This document shows, one piece after another, positions 12,268 to 24,570 of a stretch of 64,000 nt of DNA. Under the pieces are notes generated by a model. The model was not told the DNA's origin. It searched no databases and saw only the letters and a list, made by a program, of their open reading frames with translations. Positions within the stretch are counted from its first letter, which is position 1, and each line of letters opens with the position of its first letter. The DNA is taken from assembly GCA_030704615.1 (NCBI GenBank), contig CM060734.1, forward strand, positions 14,756,001-14,820,000, in the 5' to 3' direction. The stretch is from Takakia lepidozioides (taxonomy: Eukaryota > Plantae > Bryophyta). The position numbers and the translations under genes are program-made.

Positions 12268-12357
12268 GGCCACATTAAACGGTTGATGTGATACCATTTC
12301 ACAAATGTATCACATCGCATTTGTGAAAATGTATCACATGAACCGTTCCATGTGGCC
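12268..12357. repeat. Short hairpin (~40 bp arms)
   Basis: GGCCACAT..AACGGTT.ATGTGATAC.ATTTCACAAATG pairs with CATTTGTGAAAATGTATCACATGAACCGTT..ATGTGGCC. Confidence 0.8.
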
Positions 12358-12379
12358 TACGGGAGTCATGGACTAGTAC

Positions 12380-13415
12380 GAGATCAATGTGGCCTACGGG
12401 GAGGCATGATTGGCAGACGAGGACGCGTTGCCTTCAGCCTCTCACCAACAAACATGAGATCATTTCAGAAGCGCTTCAAGTGACGAACGAAATGGTTCAT
12501 CTGACATCATCCAAATGTTGAACATGCTAAGGTCTTCTGTAATGTGTTCTGCTTCGTAATGCGGTGCTTCTCTAGATCTTCTTTTTCCAATTTGATGACA
12601 TTCTCGATCTGGAAGACATCCAGATGTGTATAGAAATCCTTAAAAAATAAAATAACCATCAAAATCTGAAGCTGCGGTCCGGGAATGAGGCTTCAAATTT
12701 TGATGGTTATTTGGTTTTTTTAGGATTTATATACACATGTGGATCTGTTCCAGATCGAGAATGGCACCAGAAAAAGGACATGGAGAAGCGCCGCATTACG
12801 AAGCAGGAGACACTACAAAAAGAGCTTCAAAAGGCAGGGCACCCATGAAGGTGCTTGATCAATGGGCGATCGAATCATTCACCTCCATCTCGAATGGTTG
12901 ATGATCCAAATGGTTTCTGTTTGCTTCAACTTTGCCACTATGTTCAACATACCATGCAACAGGTCCCGATATGAGATCAATGTGGCCTAAGGGGAGACAT
13001 GGTTGAGAGACGAGGACGCATTAGCTTCAACCAACAAACATGTGATCATTTCAGAAGCGCTTCAAGTGACGAACGAAATGGTTCTTCATCCAAATGTTCA
13101 ACATGCTGAGGTCTTCTCTAATGTCTCTTGCTTCGTAATGAGGTGCTTCTCAGCTCTTATTTTTCCAATGTTGATGTTCTCCATCTGGAATAGATCCACA
13201 CATGTGTATAGAAATACTTAAAAAACCAAATGACCATCAAAACTTGAAGCTGTGGATGAGGCTTATAAAAGTTTACATGGTCATTTGGTTATTTAAAGAG
13301 GCCGGGTCACATCGTGGATCTGTTCCAGGTGGAGTACATCGACAGATTGGATAAAGTGGATATGAAAAAACACCACATTATGAAGTAGGAGACACTACAA
13401 AAAGAGCTTCAAAAG
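12380..13415. repeat. Tandem duplication (~590 bp period); each unit contains a ~130 bp-arm hairpin (12543-12813 and ~13120-13394)
   Basis: GAGATCAATGTGGCCTA at ~12380 and ~12973. GCTTCGTAATGCGG...ATAACCATCAAAATCTGAAGC pairs with GCTTCAAATTTTGATGGTTAT...CCGCATTACGAAGC. Confidence 0.8.
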
Positions 13416-14960
13416 GGATACCATGTAACAGGTTCCGGTCTAATATGAGATAAAACGAAATTCATTCAATGGGCGATCGAATGGTTGACCATCCAATGAT
13501 TTTCGTTTGCTTTCAAACTTTGTCACTATGTTCAACATACCATATATCAGGTCTCGGACTAATATGAGATGAAACGAAATTCATTCGATGGCTGAACGGA
13601 TGGTTGCCCATCGAAATGAGTTTGATTCGTTTTGAGACTTGGCCAGTATGTTGCATGTACCATCTAAGAGGTCCCAAAGTACTATGAGATGAAACGAAAT
13701 TCGTTCAATGGGCCAACGGATGGTTGCCCATCCAAATGATTTTCGTTCGCTTCGAGACTTGGCCAACATGTTCAATGTACCATCTGATAGGTCGCAGAGT
13801 AATTTGAGATCCACCGAAATTCGTTCAATGGGCCAATGAGGCATTCACCTGTCATCCAATTTTGTTCACTGCGAAAAAGAAATCGTGCAATGCGTGCACG
13901 GTTATTGCACCCATTGAACGGATGTGGTTCAAGCCCAACTTTTGCCCGCATGTGCTTGGACATGTGCAGAGACACAACAGAATAACAAATCATTTGCCTC
14001 CCCATTGGCGTGCTCATCCCTCAACCGATTCGAGAATTTAATTAAATTTAAATGAATTTGAAGCAAATAATTAGGTTTACACTGCCTTTGATTGGGGGTT
14101 TCTGCTACGTATTGATTTTATTTTTGGCTCAATTTTGTTCTGTTGCTTCAAATCTTCCACCGCTACTCCCCTGCAAAACTTTGGACCAAATAAAAATGAA
14201 AAAAAAATAAAAAATATTCTCTTCGCTCACTATTGCAGAGCTCTCTATGAAGAGTGCATAGAGTAGAACACAAATCAAGTTTGCAATGAAAAACAGGGAA
14301 GAAAACTGTGGTTTTGGGTCCAAATGAATTTTGTTCACTCCCAAATTTGGCATGCACATTGCATATATTGTCATTACACATACAGTTCAAAAATGGAATG
14401 AAAAAAAAATCATGTGCACACGAAACGTAGTCCAACAGATCCCAAAGTAATAGCAGATCCAACAGAATTCATTCAACGGGTGAACGGATGGTTGCCTATC
14501 CAAATCATTTTTGTTTGCTTTCAAACTTTGCCAGTGCGTTCGGTACACTCTCTCGCAAGTCCCGGACTAGTATGAAATCAATCGAAATTCATTTGATGGC
14601 TCAACGGATGGTTGCCCATCGTAATGATTTTGGTTCGCTTTGAGACTTGGCCAGTATGTTGCATGTACCATCTAAGAGGTCCCAGAGTAATATGAGATCA
14701 AACGAAATTTGTTCCATGGGCCAACGGATGGTTGCCCATCCAAATGATTTTCGTTCGCTCCGAGACTTGGCCAGCAAGTTCAATATACCATATGAGAGGT
14801 CTCTTAGTAATATGAGATCAATCGAAATTCGATCCATGGGCCAACGGATGGTTGCCCATCCAAATGGTTTTTGTTTGCTTTCCCACTTGGGCAGTATGTT
14901 CTGTGGACCGTCTTACAGGTCCCGGACTAATACGAGGTCAATAGTTCCCCATCCACATGA
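13415..14960. repeat. 120-bp tandem repeat in two blocks of ~4 units separated by ~570 bp of unrelated DNA
   Basis: Unit start AATATGAGATNAAACGAAATTC at 13442, 13561, 13681, 13801 and ~14449, 14569, 14689, 14809, 14929; core GGATGGTTGCCCATCCAAATGATTTTCG. Confidence 0.9.
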
Positions 14961-15337
14961 ATTATTTTGTGCTTCGAGAACTTAGTGGGTATGTTGTTCA
15001 TTGGTTGACATCAAATTTTCCTTGTTATTGAACTTTTTAAGTTGATTGCATATACCCACATACACGTCATTTCCAAATATGAGACCATTGTAAATTTTTA
15101 TACAAGGTGAACCACTTATTCCCCATCACATGAGTGAGAATGTGAAGAAAACGCTACTCATGCAATTGAAATTGGTAGATGCTGCACATGCATATTAACA
15201 AAATTGGTGCATATACAAAATTAGCGGAGTCTTATCAGTGTGTTGCAAAAATTCAAGGTACAACAAAAATCCACATTGTCTACAGTCTATGTACTACGTT
15301 GCTAGTGATTGAAATCCTGGTCGTGACTGTCTTCATT

Positions 15338-17656
15338 TCATGGTGATGAGGGGGGCAAGGGACGTGATGTTGTGGCCTGATTTGCACTGCCAATATGGAG
15401 GGCATGGGACCGTGATCTTGTGGTCAATGAGGGGCCCAATGGGATTTGCTCAATGGTGGCGAGCATCCGCCTACTTTCCGGTGAAAGTTGACTCTCTTCC
15501 AGACTCTCACGACATGGCGGAGGTCGATCTTCGGCAAGAGCTCGGGCCGCATGCAAATCGGCAATGAGGCCGTCCACATTCGACAACAGAGCCCCCGAAA
15601 CACAAAGAAAACGGTCTGTCCATAGTCGCTTCCATTCCTCTACAACTGCCTTGATGCTACCCTTGAATCTTTCCAACACCCTCTTGCGGGCCCGGTCCCT
15701 AATCATTGTGTCGTCTCGACGATAAGCCGCCTCGTATGCCTCATTCATTCGACGTTGACATATTATAACATCTTCCACTTCTGACAACAACAAATGTCTT
15801 CCCATCAGTTCTCGGTTATACAATTCGTTTTTTTCTGACACCCATGGAACTTATGGCAACCGGAAAAACCTCGCCCTTCTCTGACTCCAATGCCCTCCCA
15901 AATTGCGGCAAAACTGCTCTCTCTCCCACCAATCGGCAATGCCTCCCGCATGTACCGTTATCTCCCAGTTAGATATGACCCAGAAATATTGGGGTGATCT
16001 AATGTATTGCGGGTTTGCGGCATGTATGACATGCATTTCTCTGTTTGCATCCCACAACAAGTTTTTGCCCCAATGCACACAATTCAGAAATGTATGTGGT
16101 CGACCATCCAATGAGAGGTTCTGTCGATTGTATTCAAAACCTATCGGCATCCTGTCCTCCAAGCCTACCAGCTCATAGAAACGACGATGGATTGATGTAC
16201 GACATTTTAGACAAGCGCTCATCCGCAAGGATTGCGGGATAAGACATGCGAGATATAACATATGTCCATATGATCCAAATACATAACATCCCTCTGGGCC
16301 GTATGGATTCCTACACATCGAACAAACTGTGTCATCTGATATCCATGACGGCAAAACGCCTCGTGGTATCTCCTCCTTATCGGCCGCGTTGATATGGCTG
16401 CTCATCCTTCTTGTGGTGTCCCACTCCTCCTCTATCTCCAATTTCCAGTTTATGTTTTTATTCGATTCCGAAATTTTGTGCTCACATCGCTCTAACATAG
16501 AATCCACATCTGCCCAGTTGGTATACCCGGCAAACATGCTTGATGCATTGCGGAGATCGTTATACCTTTGCATGTTGTTATAAATGCTATCCACGTTGCG
16601 GTTTGATATACATGCGACACGTTGCAAGGCTGAAAGTGCCCGCTTTGCCTGTGCTTCTCTAGAGGCCAGGTGGGTCGCCCATTGTACCCAATTATCCCAA
16701 TCGCTTCGAATCTCCAATGCTTTCGACAAGCGCCATGCAATTGCCATGGCAATGTCGCGCTCCTTTGTAACGCAATCCACATCAGACATCAGATTCATTT
16801 CGGATTGAATGACGACCCTTGAGCATTCCCCAGTTCCACTACTGGTTCTTTTTCTTTTCTCATTCTCTCATCGACAATTCGCTGTTCTTTAACCATGGTT
16901 TCATCGGCCGCAGGGTCAATGACATCCGTAATTTCGTGAATGATGCGGTCAATACTGCGATTGGGCATTGCAAACTCCGCGTCTATGTCCACGACGTTCG
17001 TTCGAACCTCATTGTGCACAACAATGCCTTCATTGTTTGGAGACATGTCTTGAAATCTAGCTTCCAACTTGGCTATACGCAGTGTTTGTCATCCCAGTCA
17101 GTCCTGCAGAGTCATGATTCGCTGGTCTCTTTCCGCCAGTTGTTCCTCTAACATTGCAGCCGGATGTGTTCCAAACGTGTCCGAGATGTACTCCAAATCA
17201 TATTGCATCGTTGCGTTCCTCCTATTAGCAGATTGTCAATTCACTAGACGCAATAATATGACCTCCACGTATAACATGACTGCCAAGGTGTACGGGTTTT
17301 GGCCCTTTAAGAGAGGTTGACCCCACAATGTGCAATGCACCTCATTTGCCCTATGCTGGAAATGCAAGTTTGTGCAAGACCTGGACTCAACGTAATTGTT
17401 TCGGGTTTGCATGTCATGCCTATCTATAGGCCATAATCGATTGATGTGGTACCATTTCACGAATTTTTTGCATCTCGCCATCGGCCACTTGAACTCTTCC
17501 GGAAAATCCTCCCAGCCCTCTTCTGTTAGTATGCTAGGGTCATCATATACTTCCCCAATTCAAGCCTTGCTTTGACCATTTGATTTTATTAGGGGGCGAT
17601 CCATGTTCATTGGGATCATTTCTTCCATGACGCTCATCGTCCTGACCTTCTGCCAT
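15338..17656 (-). pseudogene. Intronless disrupted gene (~770 codons) with a coiled-coil region and a RING-type zinc finger
   Basis: Consecutive minus-strand ORFs 17236-17481, 16795-17067, 15851-16798, 15338-15841. RING-like CSMC-x11-(Y)GHMLYLAC-x10-CLKC at ~16200-16325. Confidence 0.6.
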
Positions 17657-17934
17657 TCTGCAACAATCGGTTTACACTAAACGAGGTTTACTAAGACGTA
17701 ACCTTAAACCCTTAACCGGAAACGAGTTTGAGTAGATGTCAAAATAGTTCCTAAAAGCTAATTTTGTAGAATGAAATGATCCTGGAAGCCAGAGGAGAGC
17801 CTATGGGAGCATTCTGCAACGAACTCACAGAAATCGCGGCAAAAAATACCCCCCACCCAGCCAATGGGCTCATTCTCCACATGACTACGTGTCGTGGAAT
17901 AATTACATGTCACGCACACAAAAAAATTAAAATA

Positions 17935-18390
17935 AAAACGACCGCCACTAATGGTGGTCGCTGCATTTATAAAAAAAATAAAAAAAACAAAGCCTCCCTT
18001 GGAGCCTCCTTTGGCTTATATGCCCCCTCTGCCTCATTCCTCGGCCACGCGCAGGGCACACCTCGTAAAAATGACCACCGCCTTGGCGGTCGCTCCATTT
18101 AAAAAACAAAAGAAAACGACAGCCACAAATAGTCGATCCATTTTCCAAAATTAAAAAAATAAGCGACCGGCAGTAATGGCGATCGCTGCATTTACAAAAA
18201 ATATAAGAATTAAAGTGACCACCAGCAATGGCGGTCGCGACATTTGCAAAAAATATAAAATATAAGCGACTGCCAGTAATGGCGGTTGCTGCATTTACTC
18301 AAAAAAAAAAACCCCACCGCCAGTAATGGCGGTCGCTGCATTTACAAAAAATAAAAAATAAAAACGACAACCAGTAATGCCGGTTGCTGC
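17935..18390. repeat. Array of palindromic GCGACCGCC-N5-7-GGCGGTCGC units with A-rich spacers (left hAT subterminal array)
   Basis: About 8 units; the last five are ~50 bp apart (18161, 18214, 18265, 18312, 18363). Confidence 0.85.
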
Positions 18391-18950
18391 ATTAAAATAA
18401 AAATAATACAGAGTTAGAAGCATTGACACAATTGTTTTTCATTACACAAGCAAATCACCGAATACAAACATGAGCAAGTGACGATGCCTTTGGCCGACAT
18501 TTTGGATGGTTATACACATGGTCAACATCTTTTATTTCCCAACACATACACAACAACAATACAAATACTCATAGTGACAAAGATCACACTGGTTTACTTC
18601 ACTACAGAAATGTAAACATGTCCACTAAAGTATGCTATTGCATGCCTATAGCAGTTTTGCTTCAATTCCTTCTACTACTTTGATGGCGGGACGAGGAAGA
18701 TCCTAATCTTGATACTCCGATGGGCTGAAAATCCGAGTCACCCTCGACTTCACCACCACTGCCATGATCGGTGCTGGAATCGTCCTCCCTATCCGACCTC
18801 CCATGTCCAGGCCTTTGAATCTGCAAGCGACCTCGAACCACATTTAGTTCTCTCTGAGGTCGACTCCCACTCCGGTCTTGAATACCATCCACAGTATCTG
18901 ACCTGTTTGTGGGCCGGTCGCCTACAAAAGGCTGAACTATTCTCTGTCGT

Positions 18951-21083
18951 TTATGGACTTGGGACACATTCGAAGGTGGTTTCGAATGAGGTACCGGAGG
19001 AGGTGTGCCTGAGATGGACCGACATTAGATGGTCCAATATGTGAGGAACCACGTACGCATTGTCGGGAGCATCATCGGACCCATCTCCACTATCGGAGGC
19101 AGATGACTCCCTCTGAGATGATTCTTTTTGATACTCAGTATCGTCATTCATCGAATCTACCTCAGAAGCAGAGTCTTCGGAATGCAAATTCCTCTCATAC
19201 CATGCTGCAGCATCATCCGTTGTCATCTCACGTAGCAGTCGAATTGGTATATACATACACCAATTTGTTAGCCCTTACGGGATTCAACCTGTTGCGAATC
19301 TTGTTGTGAACAAATGAGTAACTACTCTAATTGCGTTCGCAAGATGAGGCAGAGCACACTTGGGCAAGAATACACTTCGCAATGGGAGCCAATGTTCTTG
19401 CTCCAGCTCTAATCAAATCCCCCCATTAATGTGACAACATATTGAGCTCTTTTGGATCCGGCATGTCCTCAAAAGGGTCGCGACGATCTGAGAAGCATTG
19501 GTACTCGGATATAGCTCTCTCTGCCATGTTCAAAGGAGCCAGTCGCATAAGCACTCGCACGAGGGCGGCCTTGGCATCAGCGTCGTCTTGGAACATGGTA
19601 TTGTCGAGCAAGAATGGATTGAGCAAAGCCCCCGCATAATGCAAGTCCGTTCGAACCATCGACCGACGGTCGTAAAATGCATCTTCAGCACTGTCCGCAA
19701 GTTCAGGTTCCAAAGAGAATGGATGATACCTCAGGGATTGGACATGGTTCTCAAGATTTTGCATTAGTAACCATGTTTTGCCCATTACTGGTTGCTTTCC
19801 ATCAAACTCCCGCAAAACGATTAACACTGACTCTACCATATAAACAAAGTTTTCACATTTCTTCCAGAAATCATCATTGCGAATGTTGTTCCGAACTTTT
19901 TGATTTTTGCCCAATGACTTGGCTTTTCTGGAGTCCCGCAATGTCTGTGTGTACGCATCCCATTGAAGATCGATAATGGTGTGCTCCAGACTGCTCTTCA
20001 CCGTCACCAACCGATCCACCATCAAGAAGTTAGTGACAAAACGAGTTTTCTCCTGGATTCCGGAGGCTGTATTTGCAGGGTTCATGTCTCCTATATATTG
20101 CCAAAGGGATGTGGTGTGTGCGACATGAATAGCACAACCTTGATAGTACATATTGGGATAACGTGCCAATAGCATGTCTGTAGTGTTTATCATGTTAGCG
20201 GCATTGTCTGTGTATATTTGCACGATTCTATCACTTCCGACCTGTTCGATGAAGTCCGTCAATAGCTGGCGTTGATAACGTCCATCTTTCTTCTCGCCGC
20301 TAGTGTCCATCGATCCCAATAATTGTTCCCCATCTGGACATACAAGCATGACATTGAACAATGGTCTGTTTGTAACAGAACTCCAATCATTGGCACATAA
20401 TAGTGCTTCCATATTTTCTGATACACTCGCCCGTCTTATCATTGATCTTTTGGGTAAGCTCGGTCATGGCGCCTTCTAGCAATCTTGTGCGGAGATTGTG
20501 ATAAGAAGGAGACACGTACGTGGATTTGGACTCCGAGGTTGCTCTAACGGCATAAATAAATGTCGGAAGCCTTGCCACATTAAATGGTATGTTGGCCTCG
20601 AAGAAAAACTGCGCCCATTTTTTTATCCAGCTGCCTTTTCGTAGGAAAGTTAAGGCCTTCCTGCATGGATTGCTACCGTAATCCTCTACTCTGTTGAAGT
20701 GTAGGGGTACAAAGAGGTGTTGAAGCAGGTGTTGCTCCGGCACAACCCACTTGTCCAATGACACCTGAAGCCTCACAAAAGTCACATTGGGTACTAATCG
20801 AGGCATATTGACGGGAAGATGAAGTGTTCTGCTAAGAGGTCGTGTCCAGATCCAAAGACTTTGGAATATTGCCTCCACACTAGGCAAAGTGATTTTTTAC
20901 CCGCATAGATGTTTTAGGGCATAAACCCACCCCATTGCTCTTCACACCTCTATAGCCAAGGTGAGCGAGCAGCCGATCCTTACGATAAGCAAGTTGCAAT
21001 CCACATAGGTTGCACCCAACAGTTTCAGTGGCACTAATAGTGTTCGGGATTACCGTATACCAAGGGCTCTATTCCTCCCTCAT
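18951..21083 (-). pseudogene. hAT-superfamily transposase (BED finger, DUF659 core, hATC dimerisation domain), disrupted
   Basis: CNLC...LLAHLG...LCP (BED); WAQFFFEANIPFNVA; PSYHNLRTRLL; DWSSVTNRPLFN; VQIYTDNAANM; TRF; LHYAGALLNP; SASSCERN*SSYSFVHNKIRNRL. Several stops and frameshifts. Confidence 0.92.
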
Positions 21084-21504
21084 CTTCACCTAATATCCAC
21101 TCCCCTAGGCCCTAGTGATGTAAGCAACAAAAAACAGTCACCTATAAATGAACCTGTGAATGTAGGGTGCAATGCGATAGCCTCACACTTCTTCACCTTT
21201 CACCAACCCAAGTGAGTCGATGCACGTTGTAGTGTTGAGCTTATACATAATCTGCTGAAGTGACTTTGATGGAAGCCACAACGGCAAAAGGTGCGCATCC
21301 TCTTCTTGGGCTACACTCTCGTTCAATGGAAGAGAACATCTAAAGCAACCTCAAGTGTTTGCGCCAAAAGAAGTGAGGAGCTTGGTGACCCTGCTCCCTT
21401 ATATATGCTCCAGGAATGATGAAAGTGAAATGAAAGTGAAATGACAAAATGACGAACCAACATCGTCTACCCGAAAAAGGCGGTACAACCATATTTGTTA
21501 TAAT

Positions 21505-22321
21505 TTTAAAATTAAGCGACCGCTAATACTGCGGTTGCTACTTTTATTTTTTATGAAACACAAGCGACCGCCACTATTGCGGTCGCTTTTGTTTCCTTTC
21601 ATTTTGTGCAATATTGCTGTCGCTTCTATTTTGTATATTTTTAAATTTAAGCGATCGCCCGTATGGCGGTCGCTATTGTTTTTTATTTCAAAATATAATG
21701 CGACCGCCGGTATAGCGGTCGCTTGATTTGTTTATATATTTTAAATAAAGCGACTGCCAATATGGTGGTCGCTTTTATTCTTCATATTTTAAAAACAACG
21801 CGACTGCCAGTACAGTGGTCGCTTTTATTCTCAATATCTTAAAAAAAACACGACCATCAGTACGGTGGTCGCTTTTAATCTTTATATTTTGAAGTTTAAG
21901 CGACTACCAGTGTTGCGGTTGCTTTTATTTTATATATTTTTAAATTTATGCGACCGCCAGTTTGGCGGTCGTAAATATATATTTTATTTTAAAATAAGCG
22001 ACCACCGGTGTGGCGGTCGCTTTTATTTTCATATGTTGCTTGTTTTTTTAATTTTTTTTTGAAATTAAGCGACCGCCATATGGCGGTCGCTTGTTTTATA
22101 TATATCTGCAAAATTGTGCGACCGCCATTACGGCGGTCGCTTGTTTTCTTTTTTGAATTAGGCGACTGCCAATGCGACCGCCAATCTGGTTTTTTTAAAA
22201 ATAAAAATTAAAGTGACCGCCAATCGCTCTTACTTTTTTTATTTCGAAAAATAAAGCGACCGCCAGAATTGGTGGTCGATTTCATTTTGTTAATTTTCAA
22301 AATGTATTTGTCACCGCCACC
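21505..22321. repeat. Array of the same palindromic units with T-rich spacers (right hAT subterminal array, inverted relative to the left)
   Basis: About 16 units, with a near-exact 50-bp period at 21649, 21699, 21749, 21799, 21849, 21899, 21949, 21997, 22047. Confidence 0.9.
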
Positions 22322-23639
22322 GTGTCGACGACGTGGCTGCTTAAGTTCTTCGAAGAGTTGAGAATGAACTACCAAGGGGTGAGGACAGAGAAGTTGCGGA
22401 GCTTGCAAGAGTTCCAGAGGAAGCCTATTGAGAGCTTGAGGGAGGCCTACACTCGCATGAGGCATTTGATAAATGTAACCCAAGGAGTTATAGAACGAGA
22501 CGAAGATTATTATACCATTGGGGAGAGCTACACGGACAGCACCACTACCTAGTACTGCCAAGGCTACGACAATTAGTGTGCTACTGGGGGCGGCCAAATC
22601 TGTGTGTCAGGCTCCATTGTTCTCGGCGACTATGATTGCGACGCCGGGGGTAAGACCAGCTGCAGTGTTTAGACTGGAAGCGACACTGTGTGAGAGTAGA
22701 GAGGTCACTTCATCTTCTGCGGAGTTAGTGGAAGGTGTAGTGGCGGAGGGATCCTCGGAGTTGAGGGTCAAGACTGCCACGGCTGCGCCATGGCAAGCTG
22801 CAACTGTCAGGTTGGTGGAGCTGCCAGCTAGGCCAGCCATTGAACGCGCCATGGTGACACCTGGGGTTGTCTTGTTAGACAACCAGGATGACATTTTCTG
22901 TTTGAGTGGATCGGCAGGCAAGATGTACCGGCCACTTCGGGTTTTGTTGGACTCGGGAGCTCAGCCACTGATGCTGGGCAGAGCTGCTATTGCAGGTTTG
23001 GGCCTCACGGAGGCGGACATGGAGCCTTGTCCTTTCCAGATACAAACATCTCTGGGAGGATCAGAGCATGCTCGGGGCATGAGACGGTGTGAGTTGGCTA
23101 TCAGACTATAGCCGGATCACCCTACAGATGGCTCAGTATTGAGAGCCAATGCCATTATAACAGACGCTGTCTCTTACGATGTCTTGGTTGGTGGGGCAGT
23201 GTTGTACCCCATGGGCTTCACCCTAGATTTTTGGGAGGAGTCAACCTCCTATAGGCCTGGATGGCAGTTAGGGGAGGGCCGGCGTATGCAGCTCCCTGTG
23301 ATATTCATTGGAGGAGTTGCGGTTGCCCAGCGAGGCAAGATGCCGACACTAGCAGCCTTCACAAGTGCAGTGACTTGGCTTGGAGAGTTGGATGTGCCAC
23401 CTCCAACAGAGCATGATGACATGCATGGTATGGCAGAGTCATCTGCCATGGTTGCTCACACGTCATTGTGAGGCACAAACAAGGATTTGCAGCGAGATGC
23501 TGACCGACGGGTGCAACAGACCTGGGTAGAGGCTTTTGTACCGTCAGGAGAGGAAGAGAGTGCGGGGATTGTACCAGGACCACCTCAGTTGTCTCCGTTG
23601 GATACCACACCTATTGTGTGGCAGTATCCGGATAAAGAT

Positions 23640-24570
23640 ATTTCTTTTCTGGACTTGTTTGGCGGGATCAGCACCGGATTGGCTGTTATGTTACAGGCAG
23701 GTGTACGGGTTCAAGAGATACCTATATGTGGAGATGGATGAGACTGCACGACGCGTCTCACTACGCCATGTTGCTCAGCTGGTGCAGCAGTACCCTGATA
23801 TTTGCCGGTGTCTGCAGTTCGTGGATATCAGCAGGCCTTGCCAGCAGACATTTCTTTGCTGGGGACGTAGGATTTGAAGCGGATTGGCTCCATTCATTTG
23901 GTAGTGGCAGGTTGGCCCTGCCAAGGGCATTCATCAGCCGGGCATGACAATGGATTGCGAGACTTGAGGTCGGGTCTGTTTTTGGGAGATGGTGCGAGTT
24001 TTGCGCCACTTACAGCTTCATCAAGCTGTATCTCCAGCATACATCTTGGGAGAATGTGCCACTGATGGGCGATTCTCGGCCAGGGTGATGGCCAGTGTGC
24101 ATCAAGTCCAGTCGTGGCTTGGGTCAGCAATGTTGCTGGATGCAGCTGCAGTGGGGTCACGGGCTTATCGTCCACGGCTATGGTGGACTAATTTGATGCC
24201 ACCCGCACTGCTCAAGCGTGCATTTGATGGGGTGTAGCGGCCAGCACACTTGACAGTGGATAATATCTTGGACACGAGGAGGCAGTCTCAGCGTGTGAGA
24301 CTCGATGACCGTTTGCCTTTGGCAGTGGTCAACAATGTGGGTCAACCACGAGCAACACTATCTACACTGCTCAGCTTCCCAGGATCGCATGCTTTCTGGG
24401 ATAGTAGACCTGACCTCTTGTGGGATGCTCAGTTGCAGCAGTTAGTGGAGCCCAATGCTGATGAGTGAAAGTGGGCGATAGGTTTTACCACTGGTACCAC
24501 AGCAGTGTCGTCTCTTCCTGAGGCATCACGTCGTCAGGTGTTGGGGCAAACAATGGATTTCAATTGCTTG
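23640..24570 (+). pseudogene. DNMT3-like C5 cytosine DNA methyltransferase domain inside the gypsy polyprotein
   Basis: Motifs in canonical order across frameshifts: I FLDLFGGIS (~23646), II YLYVEMD, III DISLL, IV VVAGWPCQG (catalytic Cys 23919-23921), RSGLF, VI IL-ENV (~24050), VIII RAYRPRLWWTN, IX EPNADE*, X RRQVLGQTMD. Confidence 0.9.

Noticed and set aside
13581-14985. Protein-coding 40-aa repeat gene
   Set aside because: ORFs are short, occur on both strands, and follow from a 120-bp unit; no start or splice context.
10357-17656. Endogenous giant-virus segment
   Set aside because: Intronless kinase and RING genes are compatible, but no viral hallmark gene (capsid, packaging ATPase, polB, primase) is recognisable.
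21505-22321. CRISPR-like array (palindromic repeats with regular spacers)
   Set aside because: Spacers are low-complexity A/T tracts similar to each other, repeats are degenerate, there are no cas genes, the context is eukaryotic, and an inverted partner array flanks a hAT transposase.
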